Under the pieces are notes generated by a model. It had not been told where the DNA came from. It searched no databases and worked only from the letters and a program-made list of their open reading frames with translations. A stretch of DNA of 63,904 bases, filler included, from Choristocarpus tenellus KU-1152 (Eukaryota; Protista; Phaeophyceae): assembly GCA_964200185.2 (NCBI GenBank). It is 8 parts of 8 records of this genome, joined end to end, with 100 filler letters (N's around TTAATTAATTAA, not from the genome) between each part and the next. Parts side by side here need not be neighbours in the genome. Positions count along the whole stretch, not along the records: positions 24,430 to 44,391 come from CAXNAD020000428.1; positions 44,492 to 50,509 come from CAXNAD020009156.1; positions 50,610 to 53,260 come from CAXNAD020025954.1; 5 more parts are not named here. One strand, 5' to 3'. A program made the translations under genes and the position numbers. This document shows, one piece after another, positions 38,933 through 51,708 of the stretch (the first letter of the stretch is position 1; each line of letters begins with the position of its first letter).

Positions 38933-41900
38933 TCACCCTCGACTGAGAGGAAGGTCAGCAGAGTACACCCTTGAATCAAAACCGTCCCCAACAAAGCCCC
39001 CAAAGAGGATCAGCTGCCGACCCCTCCCACAAACCACAAGCGAGTGCCCATTGCGACCTTCAACAGGAGATTCCCCCTCAAAGCCCATGCCAGCCTCATC
39101 CACCCATCCCCTGAACCTACCCCTACTATCCTCGACTCCTTCCTCACCCACCCTTCCAGAATCTACAACATCCAATCCAGAATGACACCGACCCAGATCT
39201 AAGGTCCAGAGGTCATCCAGATATGCAGTTATGATCCTCCCACCATCCTCCTCCCCCATCCCCCCTACCCCTCCATCTGTACAATCTGATTCAGACAAAG
39301 AAGCCCCTGCCCCTGCTGTGGTTGCTGTTGAACCTACTATGATATCAGTGTTAGACTGCAACGAGTCACGAGTTTCGTCGGGAGGAGGTAGCTCCACCAA
39401 GCCGTAACCTCCAAAGACAAAGAGGTCTGCTTCTGTTATAATTTGGTCGTCTCCTGAGTGGGCCTCTTCTACGTCCGACAGGTCAGATGGCATTGCTGCA
39501 ACCAGGGCAGCCAGGGACCGAGGAGAGGGACCAATGCCTTCCAAAAGCACAAGGGACCAATTCCAGGACCTCTCCCCAAGACCAACTCCTGTGCCACTTC
39601 GGGTTGCATTGGTGCAAACCCATAGGTCATTTAACGGCACTGGATCGCTCTCCATGTTTCCACCTCCTGCATGACCAACCTGCACAGGTCAAAGGGACAG
39701 GGAAGGGAAGAGGATTGAACATACGCTTCAAGGTATAGCAGTACATAACATGTACTCTTTGCTGATAGATGATGACTTGTCTTGCAAAGTCTTAACAACT
39801 GTAACTATGTATATGCTCCTGCACCTGCGCTTCCAAGACTCTGAGATAAGCAATACTGTCTTGTTGATCTGAAAACCACTTCTACATCACATGGAGATTT
39901 TGTTTGCCCCTGGGATGGATGCACTGACACACTTGATAGCCATCCTGACCCGTAACAATTTAAGAGAAGTCCCATCTTTAAATTGATAAGAAAAACTCAT
40001 CTGCTCAACTGTTTTACACCCTGCTAACCCACAGGAAGCTTACCCTCCTCCATGATCATACATCATCTTCCAAGCATTTCCTTTTACTCTATCCTGTCCA
40101 TCACCAGGGACAAATATACTTGCTCCACACAATGCACCTGCTCGCTGTTGTTGCCAATGCCAACACCCAAATTGCCCATTCCACCAAATATGGCCAAAGT
40201 GCCCTCTCCCATTGAGGTACTGCTAGCTACGAAAGTCAAACAATGCGAGGATCGCGGGCATGGTCCAGGACCAGTCGGATTCAGTAGTCGTTTGCTCCAG
40301 GTCAAGGAGGATGTGTCAAAGGTCCAAAAATCTCCAAGCAAATCCCCTGCAGCAATTTCACCCCCATGAACAACCTTTATGATTGGCAGCAAGGGTCAAG
40401 AGATTGAGCTTATTAGACTGTGGGCAGTGTGTTTGGGCGTGACGCAGTGGGGGGTGGGGAAGGGTAGAGTTCGATCGGAGAATAAATGGACTTCATAAAG
40501 TAGTTGTGCCAATTGGTATCAGTATTGGGTTTCACTAAGGTAGGATATTCAGGGGTTGACACCCACACAATGCCATATAAAGGGACGTATTGTCAACATT
40601 GCAAGAGGTGGGTGAATCTATCACAGTTCCCCAACCATCCAACTCCCTATCTTCAGCAAACAAACCATAAAATTCTGCAGGAAGAAGCAACGATTTGCAG
40701 CAGTTGCAGTGTACAAGACCTACTCTCGTTGACCAAACTTGGGGAATAAGATCACCCTGGTGCAGTCACCCTGGACCATTACAGTACAGTAGTTGCATTA
40801 TAGCTATAAAGTTAATACGGATGCATTCCAAGAGTGCACGTCATGGTTCACTTCATCCTCTATCCGTGAACAACACCTTGCGTTCTAGCTGGCATGACCC
40901 AGGCACAACCCCAACACCGCACTCATGACAAGAGTGAGTCCCTCACCAGATTGGAATTCATAGCACACATTCCATGGTTTCCACGAGGGACTGGCACAGC
41001 GGGGTCATTGCCTCCTTGATGCGTGATACTCCACACTCTGTCCTCCAAATCCAAGCACCAGAGGTCATTTGAGAATTCATCTTCGTCACATCCTCCGAAG
41101 ACATAGGCAAAAATTCCTTCCTTGTTGTAGCTTTCGCCACTCTTTTTGCCTGGGGGCGGTCCTGCACATCCTATTTTGGGATGATGCAGTAGAGGCAAGA
41201 GTGGATTTCAGATAGCAAAATTGAGTAACCATAGCTTGAGTAGCTATTGCTGAGTAACATTATGCACTGAGTAAAACTGCAGCAAGCGATAGGGGCGCAG
41301 AGGAAGAGTTCAGATAGGTGTCCGAGGCTTGGACGATAGGAAAGTGTACCAAATCAAACGTCAGTACGTGGGTTTCGACGTGTAGGCGCCGCTTAGTATC
41401 CATCACAGTGCAATGTAATAGTCCACCTTCACTAAAACTTCTTATGAGCAGGAGCGGAGAGCGTGCAGTCAGAAGGAGAGATAAGCTTTCTATTTAAAGT
41501 GACATAGGTGTTTGAACGATTCAACATGGGCAAAGGGGTTGGATAAGAAGCATTCATCCTCTGCAGGCCAAGAGGCAGAGGCTACCGCAGCGTGGTAAGG
41601 ACGCAATGTGGCAAAGATTCTCTCATATCCACACCTCGAAAAAAAGCCCTAAGAGGTGGTGCTTGGCCGGGGATGTTAATGGTCGACCACGTGCACGTCT
41701 CCAGGTCGAACGACCACACATCCCCCAGGAGCCCCTCTTCATGATAGCCTCCTATTACAATCAAATTGCTGCCGTCGTGACTTGGCACGGCAACTGTCCA
41801 AGGACCGTTGGCGGCCAAGGAAAAGTATTAAACAGTGCGTCTACGCAAGCAAACATAGAAGGGAGGAAGGAAAGCAAGGCCGAAAGCCAACAAAGTGAAA

Positions 41901-42319
41901 AGGCAAGCAAGCAATCAAGCAATCAAACTGACAGGGAGCAAGAAGCCTGCAAATGAGCATATAACTACGCACGGAACGAAGAAGGAAAACAAAGAAGTAG
42001 ACAAGCTGCAGATGATTTCTTCCTATCCTCAAGAAGATGTCGCGAGTCATGCATGGACCAGTCTCTGGCACACACCAGTTTCAAACAGCTTTGGGATGTA
42101 GAATGTCCAGGCACACCACGCACGATGGCTTGAAGCCTTCCCCACTATATTCTACAGATAGTGATCACAGAGAGCTCGAATGCTCCAGCAGATAAGTCCG
42201 TGGGACCCACCATGACCGCAGCGACCAACTGGTGCGGGCTTGTTCGACAATGGGGTCAACTCCACCCAAACGGTCTCTTTGAGACCATCTTCGCTAGGTT
42301 CTTCTTCGCCCTTGGACAT
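38933..42319 (-). CDS. Kelch-repeat beta-propeller protein
   Basis: Exons 42319-42211, 41793-41635, 41170-40947, 40374-40138, 39679-38933 join in phase, with repeated PxxRxxH ... VFGG ... NDLW..D units. The final TGA overlaps a possible donor (GG/GTGAGC), so a further exon is possible. Confidence 0.9.
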
Positions 42320-42583
42320 TTCAGTACTAGAAAAATAGTCTACTTCCTCTGCTTGCTGTTCTTGCTTCTCCACATGCTCAGATTGGAAGAAGTCGACCAA
42401 AGTCGTTCTTCACTTTGTCATTATCCACAGATTATATGAACTCCCTACGGCGTTCCAGGGCTGCCCAGAGCTACCCTCCCAAGATTGAACGATTGTTGCA
42501 CTAGACTCTGGACTTCGCTTGTGCTGATCCAAACCCAAATCTCGTTGTCACTTAAAAGCAATAAGGCAACGACTGACAAGCAC
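42320..42583. promoter_or_regulatory. Putative bidirectional promoter (Kelch / OTU1-like)
   Basis: 264 bp between divergent ATGs within a CpG-rich stretch. Confidence 0.6.
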
Positions 42584-43557
42584 ATGGTCGTGAAGATCAA
42601 GATCACATGGGGTGGGGGGGGATCGTCGGCACGATTAAGCCTCGAGGGATCACCAACGCTCGGTGATTTGAAAGAGATGGTAGAAAAAGTGTCCAACATC
42701 GAAGTCAACAGGTGGGAAGATAGGCATGATCCATGCACTCCGCCAATACCCTTGCCTTGGATTTCTCTCGAATTAAAATTTCTTCATCAATGGTGCAACC
42801 CAGAAGTGCGAAGGGTTGCTTCCCTTGACCTTTTACAGTTGCATTTTATACAAGAGTTGCTGCAGTGACTGCTATGCTGCCTCGATTCGCACCAATATGT
42901 GTTTTTGATCCCTTTGCGGATACTGCTGCCCATCAGGGCTGAGTTTATTGCACCTAATGGCACGATAGTATAATCCGATGCGCCCCTCTAAGCAGGGCAA
43001 CTATGATTGTGTAATGAGGTATTTCCAATACTCAATGAATCGCTCCAACTACAATTTGACTGCCTTCCACATGACTTTTAGACAGCAACTCAAGACAGGT
43101 TTCCCACCCAAGCTGCTTGTGGGAGGTGATGGAGAAGACCTTGCCCACTTGGGCGTCCAGTCAGGAACAGCTGTGACAGTATTAGAGGTGGACCTGGCGT
43201 CTACCACCAAGTCCAACGCCACTCCCAACTCACTTCAACCAGCTTCGACGGCTGCAGCGGCTCCTCGATCAGCCTCTCCCCCTGCCCCGGGACCAATGGT
43301 AGCGACCGGAGCCAGGGCAGTCGAATCGGTAGGCGCTGCGGCATCAGCAGCAGGAAGCCCCTCTCAATCAACATGTGCTCCATCCTCAGTTGAACCTCCA
43401 GTAGCATCATCCGAACTCATTGGGACCTTAGTAGGAATGGGTTTTGATGCAGGCATTGCGGCTAGGGCACTTGAGGCGGCCAGTGGAGACATCAACACTG
43501 CCCTGGAGCTGTGCATTGGGGGGGTTGGTAGTTTTGACCCTACTAGCGTGTCAACAG
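42584..43557 (+). CDS. OTU1/YOD1-like N-terminal ubiquitin-like domain plus UBA domain; 3'-partial
   Basis: Exons 42584-42711 and 43082-43557 encode TLGDLKEMV...QQLKTGFPPK...LAHLGVQSG (UBX-like), a Pro/Ala/Ser linker, and LVGMGFDAGIAARALEAASGDINTALEL (UBA). No catalytic OTU domain is seen before the gap. Confidence 0.75.
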
Positions 43558-44491
43558 GTGATTTGATGTCCACTGATTTTAAGTGTGGTGATGATACTTG
43601 TCCTTGATGTTATTTGTCGTCATGATGCTCACCAATGCTGTTACACAACATGTAGGGATTAGACTTAACTTGAGATCGCTCTCCTATTACACACACATAA
43701 CACAATTTTACTACTTTGAGGTACTATTGATACGTGCTCCATCACACTGCTGGCCTCAATGCTTTGCATATTCCGCTATGATCGAGGAATTGGTGAGTCC
43801 TAGCAGTTTCATGACACCTTTTACTCTGAATGTGTTTAAGGATTGACTCAGGAATCTCAAGAGGAGACAACGGGGAGAAAATGCTGATGAGCCCTCTCCC
43901 TGCATGATATGAACATCTTTGTAGAGTTTGAAGAAACCTGTACTGCTTTTTTACTTAGAATTAGACTACATGGTGCTGTGCGATTAGGCTGTGCTACATG
44001 TAAATACTTCCCAAGCAACATTGCCTTCACCACCAATAAGGCTTCTCTTCCAACATTATACATTTATCCCCCCCCCCCCACCGCCGCCAACCACAGTCCT
44101 GATACCCTTCTTGCCTTATGATTAGCCTAAGCCTGCCATGATGCATTTTGTGGTCCCCTTCTATGAAATCTGCTCGCAGATTAATCCCTAGTACTCTTAC
44201 AATTTACCAACAACTTCAAAATACCCAGTGTGATACCATGCATGTACTCCACCAACAACTCTGCCTTGAGTAGGAACGCACACTTGTGGTCCCGAGGCAC
44301 AAACGGTACCCCTTTCCCCAGTCAACCCCCCACTCCCCCCACCTGACCCACACCCTCTCGCACCCACTCAAGGACAAGCACGCAGCACAACNNNNNNNNN
44401 NNNNNNNNNNNNNNNNNNNNNNNNNNNNNNNNNNNTTAATTAATTAANNNNNNNNNNNNNNNNNNNNNNNNNNNNNNNNNNNNNNNNNNNN

Positions 44492-44535
44492 CCCTGGTAT
44501 AGACCCCTCGCCCCCCCCCCTAGATACTTTGAGCC
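44492..44535 (+). mobile_element. MITE family B terminal fragment at contig edge
   Basis: CCCTGGTATAGACCCC...TAGATACTTTGAGCC. Confidence 0.75.
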
Positions 44536-47085
44536 TGGACTCTTACACAACCCGAACTAAGATGTTATGTTCAACACAGTTTGATTAATCGACTGATTTA
44601 ATACAGTTTTTTTTTTACTGATTAGTTACTGTTTAATTTAGTGACTGATTTGATAAGTTTATTTTCTTTAGTCTGATTTTTTTCGTGAAGGTCGAAATAA
44701 TCGTTGTATGGCCTAGTGGAGGCGTTTGGTGGGCGGTTTTAGATCAGGTTGCACATATTGGTTGTGCAAAGCTTGCAGCGTGGTTCAATTGGAAATAAGG
44801 ATTATCTAGCACATATTTTACACCAAAGTGCTGCTCTTTAACATGGTCCCTTCCTCTCCATGATGCCAACCCTTTTCCTGAAATGTTTTGGACCAGGTCC
44901 CAAACGGCCAACAAAGCGAAGGCCCGCCCTCGCTTCAAGTTCTAGGTTTAGAATGGTGATAATGCTGCATGCTCCTCTCTCTACCTCAGGCGACATGCTT
45001 CACTTGACACCGATAACCTGCAGTAGAAGGATGTGAAACACCAAGCCATTCGTACAACTTCTGGAATGTTGACAGTATACTGTGATGCTGCTGATAGTAT
45101 AGGGAGGTGTTATGAGGAGGGTGGAGACAGAGAGTAGGTACTGTTAACCCTTGATAAGTTGTGTACGTGATGCCTCCTCGATTGACAAGGGTGGGGGGGT
45201 TAATAGGGGTTGGCAAGAGCCGGAGAGTAGTCCCAATTGGAGAATCATTTGGAGTGTAGGGGTCACGGTCTACCGTGTCTGTATCCTTAGAAATCACAGA
45301 CTCCCTTTGTCCTCAATTACCTTGTGAGTGACAGGGTGATTAAAGGCACCAGGGGGATTGTGTGTGTTGGTATTCTTGTTGAGGGTAGATTGCAGCACTG
45401 GTTTGCGTTTGTACTTCTGCTGTTTTGTCTTTGATAAGTGTTTTTTTTAAATGTATACTCCAGTAGATTGTGATATTTTGATGTTTGTTTCAGCTGTTTT
45501 GGCAATAGGTCTCACTTGCTCTACATTCCACTACAAGTAGTATTTCACTCAGCTACTACTATTATTGAAGCATTGTTGTAGTAGTGGTTAGCATTAAGTG
45601 TGTTTGGAGTGAGTTGTGTATCCACTTTGGGAGGGGGGTATAGCCTGGTGGATGCTTTGATCTATCGATGTGTGTGTGGTGATGGAGACCCATGGGTAGC
45701 TGGTAGTGGTGCTAGTATGATGATATGCAATAGGTTGCAGAACAAAAGTGCAAAGTGGTGGAGTTTGAATGTAGTGGGGTTATGGTGGGTGCAGGGTGGC
45801 TTGTTGCACTGTATGATGTGGAATGAATGAGAGGGAGTTGGTGTTGTTGTAGTTGCAGTTGTCAGTGGGGGTAATCGATCCATCAACAAGACATTGATGT
45901 GTAGCAGGAGTTACCACTAAGACCAAGACCAGTTCAGTGTGTGATTAATGTCTGTTCCTTGTTGTATGCTAGGGTGATCAAAGTACAGTGTAAGGTGGTA
46001 AGGGTGTAGATTGTTGCAGTATATACAATTGGCATGTGGTTTATTATACCAGGGGAAGTGAAGTGGTGATCACAGATTACACTATTTCTGTCTTGTATTT
46101 CGGAGTACTTGGGTATGAACTTGTGGATGGGAGTGTGGGGGGGCTATATTTGAGTGTAATATATGTGGGAGTAAGCAATAGTTGCATGGAGCTAACCTTC
46201 AAGTAATAAGGAGTTTTTCCAACAAGGGACTCAATCACGAGTGAAGGGGGGTGGAGACAACAACCGCCTTTCATGGTAGGGCGCAGCTCTCTCAAGACGT
46301 TTCTGCATGCAATCATGGACATATAACGTCTCCTAACCCCTCCTGAGGCCAACTTCCTGATTTATTCCTCCTCTCTTCTGTGTGCAATATCCCTCTCCTT
46401 GTATTGCTCTCAGAGGAAAGTGATCCAAACTGCGAGCACATCAGCATGTTGTGGCTTCCATGTCAATCTTTTCCAACTCTCCGTTCTCGACATCTACCTC
46501 CACCTTAAAGAAACAATAACCACGATACAATTTCTTCGAGTACAGTAGTACTACATAAAACATTGTAGTGCAATATTCATAACTCTTAACAATGAAACCA
46601 ATTGATATAGGGACACCAAGGCAGATTCAGGAATAGAGTCTCTTCACTGCTGGGTAAAGAGAAGATGGGGGGGGGGATATCCTATGGTCCCTCTATTTGT
46701 CCACCCTAGACTCCAAACTATTAGAGAGCATGGCGAGTTGCTCCCTCGATTCTGGTGTGGATGCACTTTCTGAATACAAATCTTTCAATCTTGTCTCGTC
46801 ATTCCCGTCCATTGTGTTGAAGTTAGTAGATATGTACAGAGCATCTATGAGTGTGGACGATAGAGCCAAGTCGAAATCGCTACTACTGGTTAATTTGAGA
46901 TGATATTGGACTATGGTGTAGGTATCTTGGGCTCGGGGATCGCCTGTTGCTGGGAATGAACATGCACTCCAGTCAATTCCAACCTTTCAATCTCTTACAC
47001 CGATAGAGATATCGCCCTGTGAACTCCACGGATTCCTTGGTTTAGATATCAAGTATGAAAGAGGAGAGATCATACATCACTTACT

Positions 47086-49822
47086 TGTTGAAATATTTCA
47101 CTCCGGATCCGCAGTTAAGATTAACAATCGTGTGCCTTGAAAGAGGACAATAAGTAGCTTGGTGTGAATATACAATATGTGCGTTACAAGGGGCTTATGG
47201 TCTCAATTCCTCTGACTGAACTAACGGGGCAGACAACTGGTAGCACCCATTCCTATTCCTTTAGTGTGGGGTTTGCAATCATCCATACTATTCACTATGA
47301 TTCACATGTTTACTTGTTTTTAGTATAGCAAGCGTACCTAGGACATGGATACAAATCAATGGAAACTAAGGAGTCAATATATACGGTTTACATATCACTG
47401 GGTTTCCATTGTATTATGTACTACACTGGTGGTGTCTATAGTGTATCGGTAGCACTGTCCATGAACACTCTCCCTTCCTTGCTGCGCAGACACTATACAC
47501 CCTAAAAATCTACTTCTCCGAAACTAGAGAAAAAAAAAATTCTACTAGCTCTCTCAAAAACAGGTTGCATTCTTGGGTCCTTTCCCCTGTAGATCCTTGA
47601 TAATACCATGTTGCGTCTCCTACAACCAACAAAATCCTCCCTGGTACATCATTACATGCAAATAATAGAAGACAATAGTTACCATCAATACTGGTCTGGG
47701 TCATTGAAATCAGCCACTCCTCTGTCCTATTGCAGCCTCATGTGGAAACATTATTGGGTACTTTCTACTGTAGGTCCTTAGCAATATGTGGCGTCTCCTA
47801 TAATCAACAAAATCTCGCTACTACATCACTACTACAAGTTAATGGAATACAGCAATAAAATGGGGCTGTTACTTCCTATCTATCCTGTCACAATCTCCAC
47901 TAACACGTTATTGGGTGTTTTCTCCTGCGAGTCCTTAGCAATACCATGCTGCGTCTCCCCACGATCCATGTGGACAAACTCACACTATGTAAGTTGGAAA
48001 AACAACAAACACGAGGGAAGACAGTCACAAGGGGAAATCTTCCATGTCATCAAAATAAGAGCTCCCGATGAAGCCTTTCGATCTATCCAGTCTCGTACTG
48101 ATGTCTTCGACCTCTCGAGATTCACTTGGGGGAGAAGGAGTTGTGGTACGTACCACATGTGCTCCCTGCCTATCCCCTATTCCAAAAGGTCTTCTTGTCC
48201 TCTCCCTGGCTCGAACAGTAAGGGGACATTCGCTCACCTCGTGACCCAGCCCTGTGCATCTTGCGCATCTTCTACCTTGACCATCATCTCCCCCCAGTCT
48301 TGTAGCCCGATCAAAGTTGGGGCAGCCGTACTTTGCATGGCCATCCTTGCCACACATAAAACAGACTACGCGACCCTTTCCTCAACCCTTCCTACCAGCA
48401 GCCCTCCTTGTAGCAAGGGCGTGATCATTCAGTTTACGCTATCCATCTCCACGATTGGAGAGGTTAAGCACTGATGCAGCTGCCACACCATCTCCTAATG
48501 TTAGCGTGGCTGGTGAAGCACTCACGCACTATCCTTTAGACTTGGATGCAGTTGAACCTGTCGATTCAGGTGCCTGCCTTGACTCCACGTCCAAAGCGAT
48601 TGTTCCTAGGACGTTGTGCTTGTGCAATATAGGCTGCTAGTCTATATGGTTTATAGTGTACAAGTGACTGACGTAGCTTATGCTGGTACTACTCGCGACC
48701 AGCCTTGTCGCTCAGCACAACGTCCCAGGAATAATCGGTTGCGCTTTTTCGTATTGAAATATTCCACACTGGACCCACGGTTAAGATGATCAATTGCGTG
48801 CCTTGATAGAGGACAATAAGTAGCTTGGTATGAGTATACTCTTCTAGTGTTCAAGGGACATATGATCGCAATTCCACTGACTGAACTCATGGGGCTTACA
48901 ACTTAGTGTGGCATTTGCAATCGTTCACAATAATTTACTATGAATCACATATTTACTTGTCTTCAATATAGCATGCGTATCCTGAACATGACACAAATCA
49001 ATGGACACTACCAAGTCAATAAGCATTGTGCCACCACTTGCGACCAACCAGTGCGAACCCCTTTCGACACAGATTTCCAGTCACCCCCCACCTCCGACGA
49101 CAAACCACCAGTGTGAAACCCCCTCACCACTGATTTCCAGTCACCCCCCACATCTGATGACCAACCACTGCGACCCCTTCACCACTGATTTCCAGTCACC
49201 ACCCCGCCCTTCAACCCCACACTAGTTACCACTCCACTCAACCCCACACCACTTACCACTCCACTCAGCCCCACACCACTTACCACTCCACTCAACTCCA
49301 CACCGCTCAACACCATTCCACAATAATCCAAGAACACCCCTTCATCATCCACTTCATACTGTGCCTTTGAACTAGAAGACATCTACCCTGCCTGAACTTG
49401 ACCTTCCCTCTTTTGAACCAGTATCCCAATCGGTCGTGAGCAAGCGACAGGGTTGGTGGACGGGAAAACTTGCTCGGTGATTGTCTTGTTCTAGCTCATT
49501 GTCTTGTATCACCAACCCTCGTCTTTTTCTACATACTGACTGACCATTCCTTCCTACCTTGTGCTTCCACCTACCAACCACTTCTTTAACTTCTCTCCTC
49601 CTTCTTTTATCTCCTAATCACTCAGTGCTTAACTCTTCGTTCACTCCTTGCCTACTTTTTCTTTTTCCTTTCTCACTTTTCCCTCTCCTGTACCACATTA
49701 CCACCAGAATTCTTCTGCCCACAAAACTCAGATTACTTCATAACCTTTCCAAGTAGGTCTCCATTGTATTATCTACTCCACTGGTGGTGTCTATAGTGTA
49801 TCAGAAGCACTATCCACAAACA
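47086..49822 (-). mobile_element. Degenerate LTR element: two related LTRs around a gag remnant
   Basis: LTR 47086-47467 (TG..CA) is preceded on the minus strand by purine tract AAGGAAGGGAGAG. A second copy is split as 48752-about 49020 plus about 49757-49822. Two CCHC knuckles (CGKDGHAKYGC, CARCTGLGHEVSEC) lie at 48025-48360. Confidence 0.65.
49020..49756. repeat. Non-coding dispersed repeat with internal tandem units, inserted in an LTR
   Basis: Three roughly 58-bp units (GATTTCCAGTCACC core) and three 27-bp units (ACCACTCCACTCAACCCCACACCACTT); an inverted homolog lies at about 55700-56225. Confidence 0.7.
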
Positions 49823-51708
49823 TCACGCCGTGCCCTGCTCTCCCTTACTATGCTTCTCGGCTGTATATTTCATATATCCTAACCCTGACAACCCTCCCTC
49901 CTCATGTTCTTGGTCACGACTCAAACGACCACTTTCACACACAGCTCACACACAACTGCCTGTGCGGCATAGCTCTACATTATTCAACTAATCTCGCTTG
50001 TGTTATCTACACCACATCTCGCCGCTCTTCATCGTATCAAGTGGACTATCTTGGTTTGTCCACTCTCTTCCAATTGTGATCCCAACCTTGCCACCTGTGA
50101 CTTGAGAGTTTTGAACATCTATTTTCCATACCCTCCACAGACATTGGCAAACATCAAGCTGAGTACTGGCGAATATCTGCCAGATATCATTCTGGAGTCC
50201 CTCAGGACATCTACCAAGATTGCGTTCTCCAGCGTGTGACCAATGAGGTGACACATGCGGCACAAACAACCGACCAAACGTTCTACACTCAACAATATTC
50301 CTGGTAAAATCCACCAACGAGAGAAGGGATAGCGATAGCACTTGCAGCGAGGGGTGGCCACATGCTGCCAAGAAGAATGTGTGACGTGTAATTGCATCCT
50401 CGTTATGAGAGGAAATCCAATAGTTGTGTTAGGTATGGTTGATTGGGTCTGGGAGGGGAAGCTGTCTTGCCTGACAGACACACGACTTCACCTGCTTGTG
50501 AGAGGTGAANNNNNNNNNNNNNNNNNNNNNNNNNNNNNNNNNNNNNNNNNNNNTTAATTAATTAANNNNNNNNNNNNNNNNNNNNNNNNNNNNNNNNNNN
50601 NNNNNNNNNATAAAAAGTCCAAAAATTGGAAGGAGAAAATAAAAAAAGGAAGACGGGGGTATGGGACAGACGGGGGGGGGGGGGGGGGGCATATCGCAAC
50701 ACCTGATATATCGGGCATGACTGAGATATTTGTACAAAGAGGTCGACCATCACATGATGACATTACTTATATGCACTCGATGTTAGCTTCTTCTTCTACC
50801 TGGCGACGATAACAATAATTGATAAACAATCTAATAATATGTGAAATAACACTTCCTCTCTTCTTCTTCTTATTATCAGTCAAACTTCCATAATGACGAT
50901 GAAACACCGCCCCTAAAGAAACTACTTCGAAGTTCTATTTTTTTCTACCGCATCCACCATTGACAGTCAAACGANNNNNNNNNNCCCCCACACACTGTAC
51001 TACTACCACATCCGGCACGGATTCCCATTCAAAAAGGGGCCCTTAAAACGTGCCGCAACCTTTACAAAAAAAAATATATCGGCACTTTTTCCGCATCATT
51101 TTGGGTCAAAACCATCCTCAATAGTACGCTCCATCCTCAATTTTTAAAATCCACTGTTAGTGGTGGATCTCAGTGGAAGCATAATCAGGATCATCATTAT
51201 CATCATTGATTGTGGGTTGGAGATGAACAGACATGTCAGTCTCCTTGTACCTTTGTACTACACTCTCGACCTACAGTTATCTGCTGGCTTTGGGGGGGGA
51301 TCTGAAGGCGCATAGCATCAGTCTTCCAAAATGGTGAGTTCAAATGATTTCCGTTACAATGAATTCTTCTAGAGCCTGTGACACAGTAAACCGATTTTCC
51401 TGGCCTGGTCAAAAGAGCTGAAAATTGCGTTCCTATTACTATGCTTGGGTGACATCATTGAGAAAGGGTGACGAGCATTATTTGCTGCAACAATGGTTTA
51501 CAGGGTTCCACACCCGTCGATGCCAGGCTTCTTTTCATGGAAATTTGCTCTCAATTACTCAATTCTATGTAAGTGGCAAGCACTACTGCATATGCACCAC
51601 CTGCAATCTGCAATCAATTAGTATCCTATTTGAGTTCTTTTCACACTACTACAGCACTCTCACATGGGGAGCAAGACATAGGGATAGACAGTGTAGGTGG
51701 GGACATGT

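Noticed and set aside
44700-47050. Possible coding or TE remnants (also 28300-28900, 49850-50509, 50610-51700)
   Set aside because: Only short interrupted frames with no motif I can assign.
49030-49320. Regularly spaced repeats resembling a CRISPR array
   Set aside because: The spacers are homologous to each other (tandem duplication), the context is eukaryotic, and there are no cas genes.
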